A stretch of 64,000 nucleotides of DNA, taken from an uncultured Clostridia bacterium (lineage in GTDB: Bacteria; Bacillota; Clostridia; Oscillospirales; CAG-272). Position numbers and translations under genes: made by a program. The notes beneath the pieces were generated by a model. The model was not told where the DNA came from and searched no databases. It was given only the letters and a program-made list of their open reading frames with translations. Numbering within the stretch: position 1 is the first letter of the stretch; each line of letters starts with the position of its first letter. This document shows, one piece after another, positions 25,134-32,076 of this stretch. The stretch lies in the NCBI GenBank assembly GCA_944383705.1, contig CALWQR010000001.1, positions 18,718 through 82,717 of the forward strand, given 5' to 3'.

Positions 25134-25445
25134 TGGTAAAATCTCCTTTTGTTCAGAGCCGCAGAGAATACAAAAAATCCCCTGCGCAGATTCGCAGAGG
25201 ACGATGGGAACACCGCGGTACCACCTCTGTTGCCGGGGACACCCCCGGCCACTCGGATAGCGGACAGACAACTGCCGCGTCTGTGCTGTAACGGGCATAC
25301 CCGGCGCAGCCTACAGGGGCCACCGCCCGTTCGGTGCGCAACTCGCGGAATGTATTCGGAACGCCACTGCCACTGCCTCGCACCGCCCGGCAGCTCTCTG
25401 CGCGCCCGGGACGCCCCTACTTGTTTCCGGTCAGCATCTTTCTTT
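25134..25445 (-). promoter_or_regulatory. T-box riboswitch leader with candidate specifier codon UAC (Tyr)
   Basis: Minus-strand elements in canonical order:
- K-turn UGA..CGAG.
- Specifier-loop 5' side AGUA (25421-25418).
- AG bay AGAGAG (25399-25394).
- Distal hairpin CUGCC-GGGCGGUGCGA-GGCAG.
- Specifier-loop 3' side GAA-UAC-A (25357-25351), flanked by helices GGGGCG/CGUUCC and CGGAA/UUCCG.
- F-box CCGUUA (25294-25289).
- Stem III GCCGGGG-GUGU-CCCCGGC.
- T-box GGUGGUACCGCG (25225-25214).
- Antiterminator AGAGG[UGGUACC]GCGGUG..CAUCGU CCUCU.
- Competing terminator CCUCUGCG..GCGCAGGGG plus U6 (25200-25172). Confidence 0.85.
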
Positions 25446-25462
25446 TTATTATAGCACAGCTT

Positions 25463-25491
25463 ATTATAGCACAGCCCGTCCGGTTTGTCAA
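25463..25491 (-). promoter_or_regulatory. Perfect consensus promoter (TTGACA-17-TATAAT) of the T-box operon
   Basis: Minus-strand TTGACA at 25491-25486 and TATAAT at 25468-25463. A second TATAAT at 25453-25448 arises from a 15-bp tandem duplication. Confidence 0.7.
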
Positions 25492-25504
25492 GTATTTTTT
25501 TGCG

Positions 25505-25541
25505 GAAAAACCGCAAAGGGCGGCAGACATCCGCCCTTTGC
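25505..25541 (-). terminator. Rho-independent terminator of the TPM/zinc-ribbon/SPFH operon
   Basis: Minus-strand CAAAGGGCGG-atgtctg-CCGCCCTTTG followed by CGGTTTTTCC. Confidence 0.7.
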
Positions 25542-25617
25542 ACAGTGCCGGGCGCGCAGCAGCCCGGCCCCGGGCATACCGGGGCACCACGCCGGCTCCG
25601 GCAGCCGGCGCCGCCCG

Positions 25618-26424
25618 TCAGCGGCCGCCGGCATGGCCGCGGCCGCCCCCGTGCCGGGAGCCCCCGCCGCGGTGTCCGCCCCGGTGGACGCCTCCGCCTC
25701 CCCCATGACCGGAGGAAATGACGCGCTTGGTGACAAAGCTCCCGACAAACCGGTCCTCCTGCGCGGTCAGCTCCAGCCTGGCAAAATGCTCCAGCGGATA
25801 CTCCACCGGCCGGTGCCTGACCGAATAGCTCCTTTTGACCAGCATACAGGACACACCGCCGATGGCCAGGGCAATGATCGCCGCAACCGGCAGGGCCCGC
25901 AGATACGGGCTGCGCTCGTAATCGCCGTTGCCGTACTCGGCAGCCGCCAGCTCCAGGAAGGCGCCCGTCCCCTCGGCCAGCCGGCCGGACTTGAGCGGGC
26001 CGTACACGGCCCCCGCGTCCAGAATGGCGTTGGCCTCCCCCTGCAGGATGCGCCGGGAAGCGCTGCCGTAGAGGTAAAGATCGTAATAATACCCGTCGCC
26101 GGGCAGGTCACGGCCGCTGTCCTCCAGCGTCACCACCAACAGCACCAGGTCGGCGCTGTCGGAGAGGCCGTAATCCTCCAGATAATCCTCACCCAGATAG
26201 CTGTCAGAGCCGCCGGCCGACCGGTAGAACACCACCGAAAAGGCGCAGCCGGCAGCATCGGCAGCCGCGCGCACCTCGCTCTCCAGTACGGAGCGCTCCC
26301 CCGGGGTCAGCAGATCGTCGGAATCCAGCACCTCCGGGACGTCGGGAGCCCCGGCACAGGCCGACAGCGTCAGCACGGCCGCCAGCAACAGCAGACCGAA
26401 AATCCATCTCACACCGTGTCTCAT
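25618..26424 (-). CDS. TPM-domain membrane protein (YdjH/YgcG-like) with a Gly/His/Arg-rich tail
   Basis: True start MRHGVRWIFGLLLLAAVLTLSAC (ATG 26424, sharing one nt with the upstream TGA). Internal TM ALPVAAIIALAIGGVSCMLV. Tail GHGGGGGVHRGGHRGGGSRHGGGRGHAGGR. Confidence 0.7.
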   Translation of the reverse strand: MRHGVRWIFGLLLLAAVLTLSACAGAPDVPEVLDSDDLLTPGERSVLESEVRAAADAAGCAFSVVFYRSAGGSDSYLGEDYLEDYGLSDSADLVLLVVTLEDSGRDLPGDGYYYDLYLYGSASRRILQGEANAILDAGAVYGPLKSGRLAEGTGAFLELAAAEYGNGDYERSPYLRALPVAAIIALAIGGVSCMLVKRSYSVRHRPVEYPLEHFARLELTAQEDRFVGSFVTKRVISSGHGGGGGVHRGGHRGGGSRHGGGRGHAGGR

Positions 26425-27476
26425 CAGAAAAACAGCCCTCCTACCAAGGTCAGCAGTCCGGTCACCGCAACCGCAACCGCACCGAAGAGAATCCCCAGCT
26501 TCCAGGGACTCACAGGCAGCTCTCCGTACACCTTTCCTGTGTACCCGTTCATGGCATAGGTATAGCTTTTGCCCCGCCGGTCGCGGTAGGTCAGCATCCA
26601 TATCGGCAGCAGCGAGTACTCCCAACGGCTCTTCCGGATGGTCAGGCGGCTCTGCGCCGGGCTGACCGTGGTGTAGCCCGTGACCGTGCCGCGCAGCAGC
26701 TGGTTGGTGTACTGCTGCATCCGGTCCCGCACCTCCCCGCTGAGCTGCTCCCGCTCCAGATTGCGCTTTTTTGCGACATAGCCCGAGAGATAGGGCATGG
26801 AAAACGCCTGCAGCGCCTCGGACGGATAGGGCAGCACCCCCTCCAGCATCCGCTTGTCGGCGTCCGAGAGGGCGGCGGTTGTGATGTCCTCAAAGTGCAG
26901 ATTTCCGCTCCGGTGAATCCGGTAATTCGAGGTTTCGGTATACTCGGTCCGTCCGCTGCGCCAGGTCCGCACCCGGGTGGCGTCGGCGTCCATTTCGCCC
27001 GCCGCGTCGGCGTCGGTCACCCAGAACGGGTAATAAATACCGGTCAGGTTCCGGATCTGCGCCTCCGAACGGAAGTCCGAAGGCACAAACCATTTGCCCC
27101 GGACGAATTTGCGGAAGAGCCGCTTGGCCTCATCCCGGTCGTACCGGAAGGGGACAATGCGCTGCGGCTTCATCTCGCCCGAGAGCCGCCCCACCAGCAC
27201 CACGGGATTGTGGCAGTAGCAGCAGCTGCCGGCCGCGGTGTGCTCATCGGCCAGAATTTCGGCCCCGCAGTTGGGGCAGCTGTACTCCCGCATCTGCTCG
27301 TTGTAGGCCTGCCGCTCGGCCTGTGCCTCCCGCTCGGCCTCGGCGGTGTTGGCCGCGAGCACCTCGTCACGGGTGAATTCGGAGAGGCAGAAGGCACAGC
27401 TGAAGCATTGCTTTTCGGCGTCGAATTCCAGCCCGGCGCCACAGTTCGGGCATTGATAGGCCAGTGTCTGTTCCAT
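26424..27476 (-). CDS. Zinc-ribbon protein with a C-terminal TM helix (YdjG-like)
   Basis: Two CxxC..CxxC ribbons (YQCPNCGAGLEF..FSCAFC and YSCPNCGAEI..GSCCYCHN). C-terminal WKLGILFGAVAVAVTGLLTLVGGLFF. AGGAG RBS. Confidence 0.7.
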   Translation of the reverse strand: MEQTLAYQCPNCGAGLEFDAEKQCFSCAFCLSEFTRDEVLAANTAEAEREAQAERQAYNEQMREYSCPNCGAEILADEHTAAGSCCYCHNPVVLVGRLSGEMKPQRIVPFRYDRDEAKRLFRKFVRGKWFVPSDFRSEAQIRNLTGIYYPFWVTDADAAGEMDADATRVRTWRSGRTEYTETSNYRIHRSGNLHFEDITTAALSDADKRMLEGVLPYPSEALQAFSMPYLSGYVAKKRNLEREQLSGEVRDRMQQYTNQLLRGTVTGYTTVSPAQSRLTIRKSRWEYSLLPIWMLTYRDRRGKSYTYAMNGYTGKVYGELPVSPWKLGILFGAVAVAVTGLLTLVGGLFF

Positions 27477-27494
27477 ATGCCGCCGCTCCTGCCC

Positions 27495-28772
27495 TTATGC
27501 CCTGGGCTTGCCGCATTCCGGACAGAACTTGGTGCCGTCCGGGTTCCTGTGCCCGCACCCGGGGCAGGTCCACTCGCCGGCCGGGCGCGGGCTGCCGCAC
27601 TCGGAACAGAATTTGCCGGTGTTGCCGTGCCCGCACTTGGCGCACTTCCACTCACCGGCCGGCTCCGGCCGGGGCTTGCCGCACTCGGAGCAGAATTTGC
27701 CGGTGTTGCTGTGCCCGCAGGCGCACACCCAGCTCCCCGCTGCCGGAGCGGCCTGGGCGGCCTGGGCCTGCTGCCGCTGCATCTGTGCCTGGTTGGCCGC
27801 CGAGGCGCTGGCGGCAAAATTGCCGCCGGCCCCCATGCCAAGACCGATGCCCATAAAGGCCTGCGCGCTGCCGGCCGTGTTGCTGCCGGCGCTCTCGATG
27901 CCCCTGGCGATAGCCCCCTGCACATATCCCTCGCGCACCGAGGGGTCGCCCAGCATGGCGCCCTGGTTGCGCAGGTTGATCAGCTTCTGGGATTCCTCGT
28001 CATAGCTGATGCCCTTGATGCCGACCGCCAGCACCTCAAACCCGCGCAGCTTCTTCCAGCTCTCGTCCAGCGCATCGGCCAGATAGCGGGAGAGCTCGGG
28101 CGCGTGGGAGATGATCTGCGAGATGCGGATGTTGTCCACCGACATCCGGTTGAGCGAGGCCTGGAAGGCCTCGAGAAACTCGGACAGATACTGCTCGTTG
28201 ATGTCGTTGATGTCCACGCGCGCCGCGTTTTTGGGGATGACCTCGGCATAAAACCGCAGCGGATCGGTCACCTTGATGGAATAGGTCCCGTGCGCGCGCA
28301 GGAAGAGCTCGCTGTTATAAAAATTATCGAAATAGTTGACCGGGCTGGGGGTGCCGAAGCGGATGCCCTTGATTTCCTGCAGGTTGATATAAAACGCCTG
28401 CTGCTTGGCCGAGGGCGTGCCCCCGTATTTGATGCGGTTGAAGGCATCCTTGAGCGAATCCCCGAACTGCCCGTTGAACAGTGAGGGCGTGGAGGAATTT
28501 TTGACGATGTAATAGCCCTCCTCCGCCGTGTAGTCCACAATTTTTCCGCCGTCCACCAGCATCATGAACTGATTGGGGTAAACGTGGATCACCGAGCCGT
28601 CGCTGATGATGTCGCTGTTGCCCTTGCGGTTGTTGTTGCGCCGGTCGGTGCGCACCTTGACCCCTTTGGTGAAGACGGTGGAGTCGTCCATCGCGTCGGC
28701 CTCCAGCACCTCCTGCCATTGGTCGGCAAGATTGCCGCCGACCGCATCGAAAAACGCCTTGACAATGCCCAT
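27495..28772 (-). CDS. SPFH-domain / virion-core-like protein (YdjI-like) with three C-terminal zinc-ribbon repeats
   Basis: True start MGIVKAFFDAVGGNLADQWQE (ATG 28772). The C-terminus carries 3x W.C..CGH.N.GKFC.ECG.PR. The track's N-terminal 90 aa extension has no support. Confidence 0.75.
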   Translation of the reverse strand: MGIVKAFFDAVGGNLADQWQEVLEADAMDDSTVFTKGVKVRTDRRNNNRKGNSDIISDGSVIHVYPNQFMMLVDGGKIVDYTAEEGYYIVKNSSTPSLFNGQFGDSLKDAFNRIKYGGTPSAKQQAFYINLQEIKGIRFGTPSPVNYFDNFYNSELFLRAHGTYSIKVTDPLRFYAEVIPKNAARVDINDINEQYLSEFLEAFQASLNRMSVDNIRISQIISHAPELSRYLADALDESWKKLRGFEVLAVGIKGISYDEESQKLINLRNQGAMLGDPSVREGYVQGAIARGIESAGSNTAGSAQAFMGIGLGMGAGGNFAASASAANQAQMQRQQAQAAQAAPAAGSWVCACGHSNTGKFCSECGKPRPEPAGEWKCAKCGHGNTGKFCSECGSPRPAGEWTCPGCGHRNPDGTKFCPECGKPRA

Positions 28773-29119
28773 ATGTATCTGTCTCCTCTCTTGTATCCTC
28801 TGCCGGCCGCCGGACAGGCCGGTCAAAACCCAAAACGGCCCGCCGACAAGCAGCTTGCCGGCGGGCCTCACAACTCCGGGAGAGCCCCAGGGGCGCTCCC
28901 GGAAAAACCCCCACCGAGCCGTGTAACCGGGAAAGAAAAACCCTGTATTTCCAGGGCGGTGTCCTCGCCGAGGCTTTACTGCTCCCAACGTCCGCCGCCG
29001 TCCGAGACAAGTCGATCGGGATCGCCGGCGGGAGGTCTGCAAACCACCTGCGGATTCAGACTCCTTTTGTCATTCGTGGGTTTACATCGCCGATTATCAC
29101 GCACTAAGCAGGTTTTCTC

Positions 29120-29476
29120 TTACGGATTGTCTCCGTCGTAATTGATTTCGTCCGAAAACAGATTGTCAAAGTAATCGGCCACATCGTCAAACTCATCGTC
29201 GTCGTCAATGGTGACCAGCATCTCCTCCCCGTTCTCGTCGGTATCTCCCCGAAGGATGACGTACTCGCAGAACTCGTCGTCCGGCTGCGCGTCCTCGGGC
29301 TGAACCGAATCCTCCGCCGGGATCATCGCGTAGTAGGTTACGCCCTTGATCTCGGTTTTTCCGATCAGCTCAAATTCGGTTTCGGTTCCCTCTTCGTCCA
29401 CCAGGGTGAAAAACTCCCGCTCAGTTTCGGCCTCGTTTTCTTGCCCTGCTTCGTTTTCCTGTCGGTTCTCTGCCAT
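29120..29476 (-). CDS. DUF1292-like small acidic protein
   Basis: MAENRQENEAG..FFTLVDEEGTETEFELIGKTEIKGVTYYAMIP..EYVILRG...EMLVTIDDDDEFDDVADYF. Start uncertain (ATG 29476 vs GTG 29497). Confidence 0.65.
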   Translation of the reverse strand: MAENRQENEAGQENEAETEREFFTLVDEEGTETEFELIGKTEIKGVTYYAMIPAEDSVQPEDAQPDDEFCEYVILRGDTDENGEEMLVTIDDDDEFDDVADYFDNLFSDEINYDGDNP

Positions 29477-29541
29477 TGCTATCACGCCCTTTCTCACGGC
29501 CGTGCCCGACAGCGGTTGCGGCCGATTTGTTCTCCGCTATT

Positions 29542-29570
29542 ATTTTACACGAAAACGCGCCTTTTGTCAA
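29542..29570 (-). promoter_or_regulatory. Promoter (TTGACA-17-TAAAAT) of the DUF1292 gene
   Basis: Minus-strand TTGACA at 29570-29565 and TAAAAT at 29547-29542. Confidence 0.55.
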
Positions 29571-29608
29571 GTGGTTTTTCATGTTTTTTTCGAAAGGTTT
29601 TCTGAAAT

Positions 29609-30736
29609 TTAAGCGTTGAAATCCAGAACCTCCGAGAGAATGGTGTTGCTGACCAGCATTCCCTCCGGAGTAAAGGCTGGGCCGGACGCCGTCCGCCGCA
29701 CAAATCCCCCTGCCGCATAGCGCTCCAGCGCCGCGCAGAAGCGCCCGGCTCCCGTGCCGAAACGGGCGGCAAAGGCCCGGGTATCCAGCCCGGCGCACAG
29801 GCGCATGCGCAGCATGACATACTCGTTCATGCGCTCCTCCCGGCCGGGCGTCTCGCGCGCGGCGGGCAGGCTGCCCGCAAGATAGGCCGGCAGGTCCGCC
29901 GCGTTGGCGGTGCGCACCCCGCCGAAATCCGAGTGCGCCGCCGGGCCGAATCCCAGGTATTCCTCCGCATTCCAGTATTTCAGATTGTGCCGGCATTCAT
30001 ACCCCGGTCGGGCAAAATTGCTGATTTCGTACTGCGCCAGCCCCTGCGCCCCGAGATATGCAATCGCGTCCAGATACATCTGCCGCACGCGCTCTTCATC
30101 CGGCAGATCCAGCGCAGCCTCCCCCCGGCGGCCATAGGGCGTGCCCGGCTCCACGGTCAGCGCATAGCAGGAGAGGTGCTGCGGGCGCAGCGCGCAGACC
30201 TGCTCCAGCGTGCGCGCAAAGCTCTGCCCGGTCTGGTGCGGGATGCCGAACATCACATCGGCGCTCAGGTTGTCAAAGCCGGCCGCCCGGGCCTGCTCCC
30301 AGGTCCGCAGGAAGTCGGGCCAGGTGTGCAGCCGTCCCAGCGCGCGCAGTTCGGCCGCGTCGGCGCTCTGCAGGCCGATGCTCAGGCGGTTGAAGCCGGC
30401 GCGGCGCAGCAGGGCAAAGGCCTCCCGGCTCCCGGTGGCGGGGTTACACTCGGCCGTGACCTCGGCCTGCGGAGAGAGCCGGAATGCCGACGCCACGGCA
30501 GAGAGAAGCCCGGCCAGCCGCCCGGGCGGCAGCAGCGTGGGGGTTCCGCCGCCGAAATAGACGCTGTCCACCGTGCAGTCCCCACACAGCCGGGCAGCGG
30601 CCCGCAGGTCGGCCTCCAGCCGCGCAAGGTATGCGTCCACAACGCCGGCTTCGGGACGCGGAACCGAGCAGAAATCGCAGTACAGACATTTGCTGCGGCA
30701 GAACGGAATGTGCAGGTACAGTCCCAGCGGTCTCAT
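29609..30736 (-). CDS. hemW: Radical SAM heme chaperone HemW (coproporphyrinogen III oxidase-like)
   Basis: MRPLGLYLHIPFCRSKCLYCDFCS (CxxxCxxC radical SAM motif). About 375 aa with a HemN-C-like tail. Confidence 0.8.
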   Translation of the reverse strand: MRPLGLYLHIPFCRSKCLYCDFCSVPRPEAGVVDAYLARLEADLRAAARLCGDCTVDSVYFGGGTPTLLPPGRLAGLLSAVASAFRLSPQAEVTAECNPATGSREAFALLRRAGFNRLSIGLQSADAAELRALGRLHTWPDFLRTWEQARAAGFDNLSADVMFGIPHQTGQSFARTLEQVCALRPQHLSCYALTVEPGTPYGRRGEAALDLPDEERVRQMYLDAIAYLGAQGLAQYEISNFARPGYECRHNLKYWNAEEYLGFGPAAHSDFGGVRTANAADLPAYLAGSLPAARETPGREERMNEYVMLRMRLCAGLDTRAFAARFGTGAGRFCAALERYAAGGFVRRTASGPAFTPEGMLVSNTILSEVLDFNA

Positions 30737-30805
30737 GCGTCTCTCCCCCTTTTTTGCCTGCCGCCCGCCGGCGGCCGCCGCGCCTCCTCGCGCCTTTTTG
30801 CGTAT

Positions 30806-30834
30806 ATTATACCAGACCCCGGCGGTTTTGTCAA
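30806..30834 (-). promoter_or_regulatory. Perfect consensus promoter (TTGACA-17-TATAAT) of hemW
   Basis: Minus-strand TTGACA at 30834-30829 and TATAAT at 30811-30806. Confidence 0.6.
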
Positions 30835-31014
30835 CGCCCCGGGGAGGCTGACCGGAAAAATCCCGGGAAATTACGCGTTTCCTCTTTTCTTTTGCGCCGA
30901 AATGTGATATACTTATGGAGCAGACACAAACGGACCGGCCGCCGCAGGTCCCTTCCCCGGCCGGCGGCCGGGGACCGGCGTCCCGATCCCATTTTCACGC
31001 AAGGAGCCGAACAT

Positions 31015-32076
31015 ATGAAACTCATTCACTGCGCCGACCTGCACCTGGATTCTCCGCTGGAGACCAACCTGCCCCCGCCCCGGGTCCGGGAGCGGCGGGG
31101 GGAGCTGCTTTCCGCCTTTGCGCAGCTGGTCGAGCTGGCCGACCGCGGCGGGGTATCGGCCATTCTGATTGCGGGGGACCTGTTCGACGGCACCCGCACG
31201 ACCCGCCGCACCGAGCAGTATGTACTGAATCTGATTACAGAGCACCCGAACGTCTTCTTCTTCTACCTGGCCGGCAACCACGACAGCGGCCACCATCTGG
31301 CCGAGGGCGGCAGCCGGCCCGAGAATCTGCTGACCTTTGGCAGCGACTGGAGCACCTACGACTTCGGCGAGGTGCTGATTTCGGGCAGCGAGCGCCCCGA
31401 CCCCGACAGGCTCTCGCTCCCAGCCGACCGGCTCAATATCGTGCTGCTGCACGGGCAGAGCCGGGAGGGCGGCGCCGCGCGCGAGAACGTCATCCCCTTT
31501 GGCAAATACAAAAACCGCAACATCGACTACCTGGCGCTGGGACACCTGCACGCCTACCGGGAGGCCGCGCTGGACGAGCGCGGGGTGGCCTGCTACTCCG
31601 GGTGCCTGGAGGGGCGCGGCTTTGACGAGTGCGGCCCGAAGGGCTATGTGCTGCTGGAAATCGAGAACGGGAAAATCCTGCACCAGTTTGTCCCGTTTGC
31701 CAAGCGCCAGCTGCACGAGATCGGCTGCGACGTCACCGGCTGCGCCTCGCAGCTGGAGCTGGAGAAACGGGTGGACGAGGCCGTACGGGAGCTCCCGGCG
31801 TGCGACCTGGTCCGGGTTGTGCTGACCGGCTCCCGCCCGGCCGAGCTGCTGACCAACCTGCCCCGCGTGGAGCGAATGCTCTCGGACCGCTTTTATTTTG
31901 CAAAGCTGGCCGACAGCACCCGTCTGCTCATCCGGCCGGAGGACTACAGCCACAGCGTCTCGCTCAAGGGAGAGTTCGTGCGGCGGGTGATGGCCTCGGA
32001 GCTGCCCGAGCAGAAAAAAGAACAGATCATTGCCTGCGGGTTCCGGGCGCTGAGCGGAGAGGAGCTGGATCTATGA
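31015..32076 (+). CDS. Metallophosphoesterase / SbcD-like DNA repair exonuclease (YhaO-like)
   Basis: MKLIHCADLHLDSP..ILIAGDLFD..LAGNHD..GHLH calcineurin-like motifs. ATG 31015 with AAGGAG at 9 nt. The track ORF start 30484 is an unsupported extension. Confidence 0.8.
   Translation: MKLIHCADLHLDSPLETNLPPPRVRERRGELLSAFAQLVELADRGGVSAILIAGDLFDGTRTTRRTEQYVLNLITEHPNVFFFYLAGNHDSGHHLAEGGSRPENLLTFGSDWSTYDFGEVLISGSERPDPDRLSLPADRLNIVLLHGQSREGGAARENVIPFGKYKNRNIDYLALGHLHAYREAALDERGVACYSGCLEGRGFDECGPKGYVLLEIENGKILHQFVPFAKRQLHEIGCDVTGCASQLELEKRVDEAVRELPACDLVRVVLTGSRPAELLTNLPRVERMLSDRFYFAKLADSTRLLIRPEDYSHSVSLKGEFVRRVMASELPEQKKEQIIACGFRALSGEELDL

Noticed and set aside
25340-25351. Alternative T-box specifier GAA-CGG-G (Arg), located downstream of the UAC candidate on the minus strand at about 25333-25327 (start and end given in minus-strand order)
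   Set aside because: This triplet falls where my fold pairs CCCG with CGGG (Stem I/II region). It is followed by G rather than the usual A, and it is not opposite the AGUA element. GAA-UAC-A, in contrast, is flanked by complementary helices and faces AGUA. This still needs covariance-model confirmation.
28773-29119. Riboswitch in the long leader of the SPFH operon
   Set aside because: It is hairpin-rich, but I could not recognise any conserved riboswitch core (no B12 box, T-box, SAM, purine or c-di-NMP signatures). In DNA this GC-rich, stems arise easily. It is left as a note inside the SPFH finding rather than called as a feature.
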